Source: a virus
Taxonomy: Duplodnaviria; Caudoviricetes
Virus record (IMG/VR): IMGVR_UViG_3300043416_000201
Span: 1 to 56,405 of that record
DNA length: 56,405 nt
Reading direction: 5' to 3' (one strand)
The notes beneath the pieces are model-generated. The model saw only the letters and a program-made list of their open reading frames with translations. It was not told where the DNA came from and did no database searches. Each line of letters opens with the position of its first letter. Positions within the stretch are counted from its first letter, which is position 1. A program made the translations under genes and the position numbers. Below, one piece after another: positions 8,690 through 18,017 of the stretch.

Positions 8690-9128
8690 AACCGAAGCAG
8701 GATTGATCCTGCCACCAAGCATTGTCCTACCCAAGCACATTCAGCCGGCCGACAAGCCTGATGAAGATGCGGACAACGAAACCAAAGCTGGCGCACTGCC
8801 GACCCCAACAGGTTGGAAGTTGCTCTGCGTAGTACCAGAAGTCGATGAAAAGATTGCTGGCACATCGCTCGATCTCGTGAGAGACCATGCTTCCATGCAG
8901 CAAGACAACCACGCCACAACCGTGTTGTTCGTGCTTCGCGTTGGCCCAGACGCGTACAAAGACTCTGCCAAGTTCCCCAACGGTGCTTGGTGCAAAGAGG
9001 GTGATTTTGTGCTCGTGCGTACGTATTCCGGTACGCGTTTCAAAATTTTCGGAAAAGAGTTCCGCCTGATTAATGACGATCAAGTGGATGCTGTTGTTCA
9101 GGACCCTAGAGGGCTCACACGTGCCTAA
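8679..9128 (+). CDS. groES: GroES/Cpn10-like co-chaperonin (149 aa)
   Basis: PTGWKLL...VLRVGPDAY...WCKEGDFVLVRTYSGTRFKIFGKEFRLINDDQVDAVV matches the Cpn10 pattern. Confidence 0.85.
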   Translation: MTTETEAGLILPPSIVLPKHIQPADKPDEDADNETKAGALPTPTGWKLLCVVPEVDEKIAGTSLDLVRDHASMQQDNHATTVLFVLRVGPDAYKDSAKFPNGAWCKEGDFVLVRTYSGTRFKIFGKEFRLINDDQVDAVVQDPRGLTRA

Positions 9129-9639
9129 AGTGTTTGTTTCCGACGAAGAACGCCGCGCTTATAACGCGGAGAAAGCTCGTCGTTGGTACGCAAACAACAA
9201 GGACAAAGCCCGCGAGACCAAACGCCGTTATTACGCAACTGACGCTGGTAAGGCACAGAAACGTAAGGAGGATGCGGCGTATGTTGCCTCCGGTGGCCGA
9301 GCAAAGCAAGAAGCAAAGAGAGCGACAAAACCGCTTTCGGATGCAAGACGCGCAGCAAGAATTAAATGGGCTAAGAACAACCAAGCGTACTTTACGGCGA
9401 TGCGGTCTTACCGCAGAACCTTGGAAAAGGCCCTTGACCCATTTGAGTTTTGGGTGTTGCAGGAAGCTGTAGCACTTGCGCGTCTGCGTGAGACCGTGAT
9501 TGGCGGCCAGTGGCATGTCGATCACGTTATTCCGGTGTCTAAGGGCGGAACAAGCCGCCCAGACAATATTCAGGTTGTACCGGCAGCTTGGAACCGACGT
9601 AAGTCAAACCGCCACGCCAATCGTTTTATTGGCGCATAA
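9121..9639 (+). CDS. Free-standing HNH endonuclease (172 aa)
   Basis: WHVDHVIPVSKGGTSRPDNIQVVPAAWNRRKSN; GTG start overlapping the groES stop. Confidence 0.88.
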   Translation: MPKVFVSDEERRAYNAEKARRWYANNKDKARETKRRYYATDAGKAQKRKEDAAYVASGGRAKQEAKRATKPLSDARRAARIKWAKNNQAYFTAMRSYRRTLEKALDPFEFWVLQEAVALARLRETVIGGQWHVDHVIPVSKGGTSRPDNIQVVPAAWNRRKSNRHANRFIGA

Positions 9640-9649
9640 AGGAGTACCC

Positions 9650-10594
9650 ATGGACCCAAAAGATGAGTTCAAGTTCCCCGACGAAGTCGAGGACAAGGAC
9701 ATTGAAATCACAATCAAGGACGACGATGTAGAAATCGAAGTCGTTGATGACACGCCCGAGAAGGACCGCGGCCGCAAGCCTCTTGATAAAGAAGTAGCCG
9801 ACCCGACCGACGAGGAAATTGAGTCGTACTCCTCAAATGTGCAAAAGCGCATCAAGGACCTGACACACGCCCGCCATGATGAGCGCCGTGTCAAAGAAGC
9901 CACGATGCGCGAGAAGCTTGAGCTGGAGCGTCTTACACAACAGTTGATCGAAGAGAACCAGCGTCTCAAGAAAACAGTCAACACCGGTGCCGAGCAGTTT
10001 GTTGCGCAGCACAAAGTTTTGGCGGAGAACGAACTTGAGAAAGCTCGCCGCGATTACAAGGCAGCGCAAGAGTCATTTGACTCCGATGCCATTCTTGCAG
10101 CCCAAGAAGCCCTCCTTGAAGCCAAGATGAAAATGGAAGCGACGAAAAATTTTCGTCCAACCCCTTTACATGTTGACGAAGATGAGGTACAAACTAGCCA
10201 TCGCGAACCCCAACGCGTGCAACCGGACGAAAAAACCTTGCGCTGGCAAGCTCAAAACCAGTGGTTCGGTGCCGATGGGTTCGAAGAAGTTACCAGCTTC
10301 GCACTAGGGCTGCACCAAAAGCTAGTGAACTCGGGGACGAATCCAAAGTCCGATGAGTATTTCGAGCAAATTAACGCTCGCGTGAAGTCGAAGTTCCCAG
10401 AAATTTTCGGGGAAGAAGACAAGCCGTCCTACGGTGAGTCTCCAAAAAAACCTGCTTCAGTCGTAGCCCCTGCCACAAGATCGTCGGGGGCTAAAAAAGT
10501 CCAACTGACGACAACCCAGCTCGCGCTGGCTAAGAAATTTGGATTGACCCCGCAGCAATATGCGCTGCAAGTAGCAAAATTGGAGAATCAATAA
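9650..10594 (+). CDS. Putative capsid scaffolding protein (314 aa)
   Basis: AAGGAG RBS; acidic coiled coil; C-terminal LAKKFGLTPQQYA helix; lies upstream of capsid genes. Confidence 0.65.
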   Translation: MDPKDEFKFPDEVEDKDIEITIKDDDVEIEVVDDTPEKDRGRKPLDKEVADPTDEEIESYSSNVQKRIKDLTHARHDERRVKEATMREKLELERLTQQLIEENQRLKKTVNTGAEQFVAQHKVLAENELEKARRDYKAAQESFDSDAILAAQEALLEAKMKMEATKNFRPTPLHVDEDEVQTSHREPQRVQPDEKTLRWQAQNQWFGADGFEEVTSFALGLHQKLVNSGTNPKSDEYFEQINARVKSKFPEIFGEEDKPSYGESPKKPASVVAPATRSSGAKKVQLTTTQLALAKKFGLTPQQYALQVAKLENQ

Positions 10595-11046
10595 TGGCTG
10601 AAAACCGTAAACCCCGTGATTTAGAGTCACGCGAAAAAAATGTCCGTGCTGTATACGTACCGCCGACATCTCTGCCCGACCCAACACCTGAACCCGGTTT
10701 CTTGTATCGCTGGATTGCGACGCACGTTCTAGGACAGGCTGACCCGACCAACGTGTCTCGCAAGATGCGCGAAGGCTGGGAACCGGTGAAGGCAGAGGAC
10801 CATCCAGAACTGCAATTGTTTGGTAATGAGAAGACTGGGAACGTGGAAATTGGTGGCCTCATGCTCTGCAAGATGGCGATCGAACAAGCGCAAGCCCGTG
10901 ACGATTATTACAACAAGCAAGCGCAGAACCAGATGGATTCAGTGGACAACCACTTCATGCGAAACAATGACCCTCGTATGCCTTTGTTCAGCGACCGCAA
11001 GTCAACGAACAGTCGCGGCGGCGGTTTTGGTTCAGGTTCTAAGTAA
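10594..11046 (+). CDS. Head-module hypothetical protein (150 aa)
   Basis: TAATG coupling; YRWI...EGWEPV...GGLMLCK. Confidence 0.8.
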   Translation: MAENRKPRDLESREKNVRAVYVPPTSLPDPTPEPGFLYRWIATHVLGQADPTNVSRKMREGWEPVKAEDHPELQLFGNEKTGNVEIGGLMLCKMAIEQAQARDDYYNKQAQNQMDSVDNHFMRNNDPRMPLFSDRKSTNSRGGGFGSGSK

Positions 11047-11061
11047 ACAAGGAGTCCTTAA

Positions 11062-11688
11062 ATGGCATCTACCGCTTCTCCCTACGGCTTGAAACCCGTA
11101 AACGAGCTGGGTGGTCTTCCTTATGCTGGCAGCACACGCCAGTATGTGATTGACCCAGCAGGCACCGCTTCGAACATCTACAACGGTTCGCCCGTGTATG
11201 TGAACGCAGACGGTTATTTGGCCGTGGCTACTGCCACCGGCGCTGACGGCACTACAAACGGTTTCCCTGTTGGCACTGCCAACACAGGTATCGTCGGTGT
11301 GTTTGTTGGTTGCCAATACATCAACGCACAAGGTCAAGTGATCTACTCTCAGTACTACCCAACAGGTACGACTGGTGTGGTGAACGCCTATGTTGTGGAT
11401 GATCCCAACGTCGTGTTCCAAGTCCAGTCTGCTGGCACCGTGACACAAGCCGCCGTCGGCGCAAACTTGTTCTTCTCAACTGGCGCTGTGGCCACTGGTA
11501 GCACTTCTACCGGTAACTCAACAGCTTCTGTGGTTGCTGGCGCTTCTGCCGTGACAACTACTGCTGCTTTCCGCGTTGTGGGTTTCCCCAACATGGTTGG
11601 CTTCTCAGTTGTTGGCGACGCATACACTGACGTGTTTGTGAAGATCAACCCCGGCTACCACAGCTACACCAACGCCGTTGGTCTGTAA
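11062..11688 (+). CDS. Putative capsid decoration/cement protein (208 aa)
   Basis: Immediately upstream of major capsid gene; strong codon bias; G/T/A/V-rich. Confidence 0.6.
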   Translation: MASTASPYGLKPVNELGGLPYAGSTRQYVIDPAGTASNIYNGSPVYVNADGYLAVATATGADGTTNGFPVGTANTGIVGVFVGCQYINAQGQVIYSQYYPTGTTGVVNAYVVDDPNVVFQVQSAGTVTQAAVGANLFFSTGAVATGSTSTGNSTASVVAGASAVTTTAAFRVVGFPNMVGFSVVGDAYTDVFVKINPGYHSYTNAVGL

Positions 11689-11699
11689 GGAGTAAATAA

Positions 11700-12629
11700 A
11701 TGGCTATTTCACGCGCACAACTGCTCAAAGAATTGCTGCCCGGCCTGAACGCTTTGTTCGGCATGGAGTACGCACGCTACGGCGAAGAGCACAAAGAAAT
11801 CTACGAAACAGAGAAATCTGAGCGTAGCTTCGAAGAAGAAACCAAGCTGGCTGGCTTTGGTGCAGCTCCTGTTAAGAACGAAGGCTCAGCCATCGCTTTT
11901 GACAATGCACAAGAAGCGTTCACAGCTCGCTACAACCACGAGACCATCGCTCTCGGCTTCTCCATCACGGAAGAAGCAGTTGAAGACAACTTGTACGACA
12001 GCCTGTCTGCTCGTTACACCAAGTCTTTGGCTCGCGCTATGGCCTATACCAAGCAAGTTAAAGCTGCTGCCGTTATCAACAACGGTTTCAGCGGTAGCTA
12101 CTTGGGTGGCGACGGCGTGTCTTTGTTCGGTGTGAACTCTGGTGGTTCTCGCGTTGGTCACCCACTCGTTAACGGTGGCGTGAACTACAACAGCCCAACT
12201 ACCGCTGTTGACTTGAACGAGACTTCATTGGAAAACGCTGTGATTCAGATCGCTGCGTGGACCGACGAACGCGGTTTGTTGATCGCTGCTAAGCCAGTCA
12301 AGATGGTGATCCCCCCAGCTTTGATGTTCACGGCTAAGCGTTTGCTCGACACCGAGTTGCGCGTTTCTACTGCTGATAACGACATCAACGCTATCAAGCA
12401 AATGGGCGCTATCCCCGGTGGCTACACCGTCAACCACTTCTTGACCGACAGCAATGCTTGGTTCTTGACGACTGACGTGCCAAACGGCTTGAAGCACTTC
12501 GAGCGTTCACCTCTCACCAATTCTATGGACGGGGATTTTGACACAGGAAACGTTCGCTACAAAGCACGTGAGCGTTATTCTTTTGGCTGGAGCGATCCGC
12601 TCGGAATGTGGGGCTCAGCAGGTGCATAA
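11700..12629 (+). CDS. Major capsid protein (309 aa)
   Basis: AAGGAG RBS, strongest codon bias in the window, terminator downstream, HK97-fold-like sequence (FSITEEAVEDNLY...RERYSFGWSD). Confidence 0.9.
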   Translation: MAISRAQLLKELLPGLNALFGMEYARYGEEHKEIYETEKSERSFEEETKLAGFGAAPVKNEGSAIAFDNAQEAFTARYNHETIALGFSITEEAVEDNLYDSLSARYTKSLARAMAYTKQVKAAAVINNGFSGSYLGGDGVSLFGVNSGGSRVGHPLVNGGVNYNSPTTAVDLNETSLENAVIQIAAWTDERGLLIAAKPVKMVIPPALMFTAKRLLDTELRVSTADNDINAIKQMGAIPGGYTVNHFLTDSNAWFLTTDVPNGLKHFERSPLTNSMDGDFDTGNVRYKARERYSFGWSDPLGMWGSAGA

Positions 12630-12656
12630 CCTGCAAACCCACTAACCATGCGGTTT

Positions 12657-12688
12657 ACAAAGGGGCTCCGGCCCCTTTGTTTTATTTT
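12657..12688 (+). terminator. Rho-independent terminator after capsid gene
   Basis: ACAAAGGGGC-TCCG-GCCCCTTTGT followed by TTTATTTT. Confidence 0.85.
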
Positions 12689-12710
12689 GTTGTGTTACTC
12701 TTTAGGTTTG

Positions 12711-12719
12711 TGGTACACT
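12711..12719 (+). promoter_or_regulatory. Putative extended -10 promoter for the GIY-YIG gene
   Basis: TG-G-TACACT between the terminator and the AAGGAG RBS. Confidence 0.45.
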
Positions 12720-12741
12720 TACCTGACACAAGGAGAGTTTC

Positions 12742-13458
12742 ATGGCCCGAGGCATCTACAAGATCATCAACATCGTAAACAACAAGTTCTACGTCGGCAG
12801 CGCCGTGGACTTAAAGCGTCGCAAAACGCGCCACTTCTCAGAGCTGCGCACAGGTAAGCATAACAACCGCCACTTACAGGCGGCATGGGTGAAGTACGGG
12901 GAGCAGTCCTTCGTGTTTGTGGTCGTTGAAGAGCTGTCGGCAGATGCCGATCTTCTTGCCGCCGAGAACGTCTGGTTGCACGCGTATGTGGGGAAAGACT
13001 ACTGTTACAACATAGGTGTGGACGCCACGGCCCCGATGGCAGGGATGCGCGGCGTCTTGAGCCCGACGTGGGGGTACAAACACACAGCGGAAGCCCTTGC
13101 TGTTATTACGTCCGCATCTACAGGTCGGACGCAAGACCAAGAAACCATTCAGCGCAAAACGGCGCACCTCATAGGCAAACCGAAGTCCGCAGCGGTCCGA
13201 GCCAAGATCAGCGCTTCGCTCTCGGGCGAAGGCAACTTCTGGTACGGCAAGAAGCGTCCAGACCACGGAGCTAAGGTAGCACGGGTAGTACAGGTGACAG
13301 ACAGTAAAGGAAACACGGAGACGTTCAGCAGCATCACGGTGCTGCGCGAAGAACTAAAGCTCAAGCCGCCCACAGTCAACCGAGCGCTCAAGTCAGGGCA
13401 ACCGATTTCTAGAGGCCCGTTGAAAGGTTGGTGCTTCAAATACGTTGACCCCGCGTAA
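12742..13458 (+). CDS. GIY-YIG homing endonuclease with NUMOD3-like repeats (238 aa)
   Basis: GIYKIINIVNNKFYVGSA...R...H...E...YN; HTAEA and KISASLSGEGNFWYGK; C-terminal HTH-like segment. Confidence 0.92.
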   Translation: MARGIYKIINIVNNKFYVGSAVDLKRRKTRHFSELRTGKHNNRHLQAAWVKYGEQSFVFVVVEELSADADLLAAENVWLHAYVGKDYCYNIGVDATAPMAGMRGVLSPTWGYKHTAEALAVITSASTGRTQDQETIQRKTAHLIGKPKSAAVRAKISASLSGEGNFWYGKKRPDHGAKVARVVQVTDSKGNTETFSSITVLREELKLKPPTVNRALKSGQPISRGPLKGWCFKYVDPA

Positions 13459-13482
13459 AATACATGGTACAAACTACCCATC

Positions 13483-13554
13483 CCGGGAACCCCGGTGTAT
13501 CTGACGGTCCCGGCCGACGACATGCAGACAGATACGCCTTATCGCATGTGAGGA
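13483..13554 (+). ncRNA. Candidate cis-regulatory RNA with three interleaved helices next to an RBS
   Basis: P1 13483-88/13508-13, P2 13494-503/13529-38, P3 13520-25/13544-49, then GAGGA RBS. Confidence 0.5.
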
Positions 13555-13561
13555 AATCATC

Positions 13562-13963
13562 ATGGCACGCACTTCTTTCTCTGGCCCAGTACGGTCGCAA
13601 AACGGCTTCCAGACCATCTCCATCAACGCTACCACTGGCGTTACCACTGTCACTTCTTCTGTCGGCAACACCCTTGTTGGTGGCGTGCAAGCCTTGTCAG
13701 GCGCAGGTGCTGTTGACGTGACCAACATGATTACCTCCCTGACTTCTACCGGTTCTGCGCAGGCTTTGACCTTGGCGAACGGTACGGCTGGTCAGTTGAA
13801 AACCATCGTACATACTGTTGACGGCGGCTCCGCTGTGTTGACACCAACCACAAAAATCGGTTTCTCGACAATCACTTTCACTGGCGTTGGCGAGTCGGCC
13901 ACCTTGGTGTACACCGCTGCTGGCTGGGCAATCGTTGCTTTGAATGGCGCGGTCGCCGCTTAA
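13562..13963 (+). CDS. Virion structural protein (133 aa)
   Basis: MARTSFSGPVRS start; T/G/A-rich; high codon bias; RBS. Confidence 0.75.
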   Translation: MARTSFSGPVRSQNGFQTISINATTGVTTVTSSVGNTLVGGVQALSGAGAVDVTNMITSLTSTGSAQALTLANGTAGQLKTIVHTVDGGSAVLTPTTKIGFSTITFTGVGESATLVYTAAGWAIVALNGAVAA

Positions 13964-13971
13964 TTGATCTC

Positions 13972-13993
13972 GGGGGCTTCGGCCCCCTGTTTT
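13972..13993 (+). terminator. Rho-independent terminator
   Basis: GGGGGC-TTCG-GCCCCC-TGTTTT (cUUCGg tetraloop). Confidence 0.7.
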
Positions 13994-14009
13994 AAACAAG
14001 GAGATTAAT

Positions 14010-14777
14010 ATGGCCAATTACGGCAAAGTGTCTTCGGTGACACAAAAAGGCACGTACGAACCGTTCGAGTTGCAAGTTGCTCGCGGCCAGATCGGCCAGC
14101 ACAGCACGGTCAACATCTACGGTTTTCAGACATCCGTCACAACAACGAACATCCCAGTTTGGGAAGTCGCGGGGGCGTACGCGTACCCTGTTTCGGCCAC
14201 CGTTATGCACTTGGCGAGCAGCGTGAACACAGGTCCGGACTTGTCTGGCACGACCATCCTCATTCAAGGTTTGGACGCAAGCTACAACATGATTTCTGAG
14301 ACTGTTGCTTTGACGGGCACCACTGTTGCAGTTACCACAAAGTCGTTCTTGCGCATCAACAGCATGTCTGTGACAGCAGGTATTCCAACAGGCACCATCA
14401 CGCTCAAGAACACCGCAAACAGCGTGACTTACGCGCAGATCAACCCGACTATTGGCCGCACACAGATGGCTATTTACACGGTTCCTGCGGGCTACACGTT
14501 CTATTTGAGTCGTGTTGATGCGTACACGTCCGCCAACGGTTCATCCGCTGATTGGATTCAGTACCGCAACCAGCAGACAAGTTCAACTGGCGTCACGTCT
14601 TACACGCAGCAAGCACCCTTCACCAATACGTACCACGCGCAGCGCGTGATGCCGCGCCCTTTCGCCGAAAAAACTGACATCCAGTTGCAGGCAAAGACCA
14701 GCGCGAACACGTATGCCGTGAGTATTGCTGCCGAAGGCTTCTTGATCGCTAACAGCTACGACGCAGGTCACGCTTAA
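14010..14777 (+). CDS. Hypothetical virion protein (255 aa)
   Basis: AGGAG RBS; beta-rich; YTVPAG motif. Confidence 0.75.
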   Translation: MANYGKVSSVTQKGTYEPFELQVARGQIGQHSTVNIYGFQTSVTTTNIPVWEVAGAYAYPVSATVMHLASSVNTGPDLSGTTILIQGLDASYNMISETVALTGTTVAVTTKSFLRINSMSVTAGIPTGTITLKNTANSVTYAQINPTIGRTQMAIYTVPAGYTFYLSRVDAYTSANGSSADWIQYRNQQTSSTGVTSYTQQAPFTNTYHAQRVMPRPFAEKTDIQLQAKTSANTYAVSIAAEGFLIANSYDAGHA

Positions 14778-14785
14778 GGCAGAAT

Positions 14786-14986
14786 ATGAAGGACCCGTTC
14801 GCAAACATGGATGAGTCAGTGAAGCACGTCCTTGACGGCGTGTCAGTCATTGCAACTGTTGGAACCCTGATCGAAATGCTCCCCTCAATCGCCGCACTTT
14901 TAACGATTGTCTGGACGGGCATCCGTATTTATGAGACCGACACGATTCAGCGTTTGCTGGGTCGAAACAAACCAACCGACGAGTAA
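14786..14986 (+). CDS. Small membrane protein, holin-like (66 aa)
   Basis: Hydrophobic segment LPSIAALLTIVWTGIRIYET. Confidence 0.6.
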   Translation: MKDPFANMDESVKHVLDGVSVIATVGTLIEMLPSIAALLTIVWTGIRIYETDTIQRLLGRNKPTDE

Positions 14987-15005
14987 TTTTTAACAGGAGT
15001 TAGAC

Positions 15006-15176
15006 ATGGCAACAAAGAACAACGGCATCACAAAGGCCAAAATGGGCACAGTGAAAACAGCAGCCCCAAGCAAAGACGGCGTGGCTACCAAGGGTAAAAC
15101 CAAGGGCAAGCAAATCGTCATGAAGGGCGGCAAACCGCTCGGCATGTGCGGTGGCGGCATGGCCAAGAAGAAGTAA
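15006..15176 (+). CDS. Small basic K/G-rich protein (56 aa)
   Basis: Read manually: MATKNNG...MKGGKPLGMCGGGMAKKK; AGGAG RBS. Confidence 0.75.
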   Translation: MATKNNGITKAKMGTVKTAAPSKDGVATKGKTKGKQIVMKGGKPLGMCGGGMAKKK

Positions 15177-15181
15177 TTACC

Positions 15182-15547
15182 ATGATGGGCAGCCGTGGTA
15201 TGGGGGCCATCTCCCCCTCTAAGATGCCGAAAGGCGAGAAGATTACCCGCAAGGATAATCCGAACGAGGTCGAGATGTTCGCCGAAGGTGGCAAAGTAAA
15301 GTCACCTGCATGGCAGCGCAAAGAAGGCAAGAACCCCAACGGCGGTTTGAACGCCAAGGGGCGTGCCGCGTACAACAAAGCGAACCCCGGCAAGCCCGGT
15401 CTGAAGGCTCCACAGCCAGAGGGCGGCTCTCGTCGCGATTCGTTTTGTGCCCGCATGAAAGGCATGAAGGCCAAGCTGACTTCTGAGAAGACAGCCAAGG
15501 ACCCTGACAGCCGCATCAACAAGAGCCTTCGGGCATGGAAGTGCTAA
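15182..15547 (+). CDS. Basic protein, DUF6321-like C-terminal half (121 aa)
   Basis: AWQRKEGKNPNGGLNAKGR...SFCARM...RINKSLRAWKC. Confidence 0.7.
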   Translation: MMGSRGMGAISPSKMPKGEKITRKDNPNEVEMFAEGGKVKSPAWQRKEGKNPNGGLNAKGRAAYNKANPGKPGLKAPQPEGGSRRDSFCARMKGMKAKLTSEKTAKDPDSRINKSLRAWKC

Positions 15548-16471
15548 ATGGCAAACACCTCTGGAACCGCTGGATTTAACCTAGACCTCACCGAACTGGT
15601 TGAGGAGGCGTTTGAACGCGTCGGTTCAGAGCTGCGCACCGGCTATGACCTGAAGACTGCACGACGCAGTCTCAACCTTTTGTTCGCCGACTGGGCGAAC
15701 CGCGGCGTGAACATGTGGACTTTTGAGCAGGGCACGATCAACCTCGTGCAAGGCCAGAACACATACGCGCTGCCCAACGACACCGTGGACCTGCTCGAAC
15801 ACGTGATTCGCACGCAGGCCAACCAGACAGCCAACCAAGCTGACCTGACCATTACACGTATCAGCGTCTCGACCTACGCGACGCTCCCAAACAAACTGCA
15901 ACAAGCCCGTCCGATTCAGGTGTGGGTGCAGCGTTTGGACGGTCAACAATCGGCTAACGGGGGCACACTTGCAGCAACAATCACGTCGACAGATACCGAG
16001 CTTACTGTTACCGACGCCTCTGGGTTGCCGTCAACCGGTTTCATCAAGATTGACTCCGAGTACATTCAGTACGGTTACATCACGGGCAACACTCTGTACA
16101 ACTGCTTCCGTGGCCAGAACAACACAACCGCAGCAGCACACACCTCTGGCGCAACAATCTACTGGGCTAAGCTCCCAGCAGTGACCGTGTGGCCAACACC
16201 TGATGGTGCTCAGAGCTATCAGTTTGTGTACTGGCGCATGCGCCGAGTGCAGGATGCCGGCGGTGGTGTGAACGTCATGGACGTGCCTTTCCGTTTCGTG
16301 CCCTGCATGACCGCAGGTCTGTCGTACTACTTGGCGCTCAAAGTTCCGGGTGGGTTGGAGCGTTTGGGTGTGCTCAAACAACAGTACGACGAGGCTTGGG
16401 AAATTGCTGCTGGCGAAGACCAAGAAAAAGCTGCGGTGCGCTTCGTGCCGCGTCAGATGTTCATTAGCTGA
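15548..16471 (+). CDS. Head-tail adaptor / tail tubular-like protein (307 aa)
   Basis: EEAFER...ARRSLNLLFADWANRG...VWPTPD...LKQQYDE pattern; position in tail block. Confidence 0.6.
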   Translation: MANTSGTAGFNLDLTELVEEAFERVGSELRTGYDLKTARRSLNLLFADWANRGVNMWTFEQGTINLVQGQNTYALPNDTVDLLEHVIRTQANQTANQADLTITRISVSTYATLPNKLQQARPIQVWVQRLDGQQSANGGTLAATITSTDTELTVTDASGLPSTGFIKIDSEYIQYGYITGNTLYNCFRGQNNTTAAAHTSGATIYWAKLPAVTVWPTPDGAQSYQFVYWRMRRVQDAGGGVNVMDVPFRFVPCMTAGLSYYLALKVPGGLERLGVLKQQYDEAWEIAAGEDQEKAAVRFVPRQMFIS

Positions 16472-16899
16472 TGGGAAATCGGTTCTCCTCCGGCAAGAAC
16501 AGCATCGCCGAGTGCGATCGCTGTGGCTTCCGCTTTAAGCTCAAAGACCTTCGTCGCGAGGTCGTCAAGACCAAGAACTACGAGCTGCTGGTGTGCGGAC
16601 CTTGCTGGGACCCTGACCACCCTCAGTTGCAACTGGGTATGTACCCTGTTGATGACCCTCAAGGTGTTCGCAACCCGCGCCCTGATCGAAGCTATGTGTC
16701 GTCTGGTACGACCGGCTTGCAGATTCTCAACGGCAGTGGTCCAAGCACTGACGAGCAAGGCTATCAAGGCGAAGGCAGTCGCAACATACAATGGGGCTGG
16801 AACCCTGTTGGTGGTGCCAGCTTTTTTGATGACCCACTGACGCCAAACTACTTGGCTTTAGCGGTGGAAATTGGTACAGTTACCGTAACAACGACGTAA
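16471..16899 (+). CDS. Hypothetical protein with CxxC...CxxC (142 aa)
   Basis: CDRCG...CGPCWDPDHPQ; TGATG coupling. Confidence 0.75.
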   Translation: MGNRFSSGKNSIAECDRCGFRFKLKDLRREVVKTKNYELLVCGPCWDPDHPQLQLGMYPVDDPQGVRNPRPDRSYVSSGTTGLQILNGSGPSTDEQGYQGEGSRNIQWGWNPVGGASFFDDPLTPNYLALAVEIGTVTVTTT

Positions 16900-16909
16900 G
16901 GAGCCGATC

Positions 16910-17071
16910 ATGGCAAAAGTAGACGCAAAAACAGCCGTGCGCAAGCACGAACAAAACATGCACCCCGGCCAGAAGCCGACAAAGATGCGTGCTGGCGGTA
17001 AGACCAACAGCGACATGCTCAAGATGGGTCGCGGTATGGCGAAGATTGCCAACCAAAAGTCGAAAGGCTAA
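16910..17071 (+). CDS. Small basic protein (53 aa)
   Basis: Read manually: MAKVDAK...KMRAGGKTNSDMLKMGRGMAK; AAGGAG RBS. Confidence 0.75.
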   Translation: MAKVDAKTAVRKHEQNMHPGQKPTKMRAGGKTNSDMLKMGRGMAKIANQKSKG

Positions 17072-17073
17072 TC

Positions 17074-17319
17074 ATGGCTAAGATCAACAACAAGCCTGCT
17101 TCTGCGTACGCAAAGCCGCACACAATGTCAGGCAAGACCGTGACTGCGAAAAGTGTTGCGGCTGGTGAGTGCGACAACAAGCAGTACATGCGCGAGATGA
17201 ACGTCTCTGTGGCCAACAGCCACAGCAATGACTACAAAGGCACCAAAACTTCGGGCATCAAAATCCGCGGTACTGGCGCTGCAACTAAGGGCTTGATGGC
17301 CCGTGGACCAATGGCCTAA
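17074..17319 (+). CDS. Small basic protein (81 aa)
   Basis: C-terminal GIKIRGTGAATKGLMARGPMA. Confidence 0.75.
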   Translation: MAKINNKPASAYAKPHTMSGKTVTAKSVAAGECDNKQYMREMNVSVANSHSNDYKGTKTSGIKIRGTGAATKGLMARGPMA

Positions 17320-17321
17320 GC

Positions 17322-18017
17322 ATGACGTACGACGAACTGGTAACGGCGGTTACTGACTACACTGAGAACACCGTACCCACGGTGGACATGAACACGTTCA
17401 TCACTCAGGCAGAGCAGCGCATTTACAACTCCGTCCAGTTCCCCTCGTTGCGCAAAAACGTGACGGGGTACACGACTGCGTCCAACAAGTACCTGTCTTG
17501 CCCCTCCGACTTTCTGGCACCCTACTCGATAGCTGTGGTGGACGCGGATGGCAACTACGAGTACATGTTGAACAAGGACGTGAACTTCATTCGTCAAGCT
17601 TACCCAAAGCCAACGGACACCGCGTTCCCTAAGTACTACGCGCTGTTTGGCCCGACCACGACAAACGACAGCAACCCTGTAATCACGGACGAACTGTCGT
17701 TCATCCTTGGCCCAACGCCAGATGCTGAGTACACAGTCGAGCTGCACTATTACTACTACCCTGAGTCGATCACGGTTGCTGCGGATGGCCGCACTTGGTT
17801 GGGCGACAACTTCGACTCGGTGCTGTTGTACGGCACGTTGGTTGAGGCTTACACCTACATGAAAGGTGAAGCCGACATGATGGCGTTGTACAACGCCAAG
17901 TACCAAGAGGCGTTGTCGTTGGCTAAACGTCTGGGCGATGGTCTGGAGCGCAGTGATGCGTACCGTAGCGGACAGTTCCGCTCCCCTCCTTTGCCTAGAA
18001 ATAACGGGGTTGCGTAA
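17322..18017 (+). CDS. Head-tail connector / tail tubular-like protein (231 aa)
   Basis: FITQAEQRI...LGPTPD...LLYGTLVEAYTYMKG adaptor-like pattern. Confidence 0.6.
   Translation: MTYDELVTAVTDYTENTVPTVDMNTFITQAEQRIYNSVQFPSLRKNVTGYTTASNKYLSCPSDFLAPYSIAVVDADGNYEYMLNKDVNFIRQAYPKPTDTAFPKYYALFGPTTTNDSNPVITDELSFILGPTPDAEYTVELHYYYYPESITVAADGRTWLGDNFDSVLLYGTLVEAYTYMKGEADMMALYNAKYQEALSLAKRLGDGLERSDAYRSGQFRSPPLPRNNGVA

Noticed and set aside
13501-13556. Hammerhead ribozyme (CCGACGA...GAAA resemblance)
   Set aside because: Core is not CUGANGA, and GAAA is not correctly placed after stem II
12630-13561. Group I intron around the GIY-YIG gene
   Set aside because: Capsid gene ends normally with a stop and terminator, the next gene has its own RBS and start, and no P7/catalytic core was recognised
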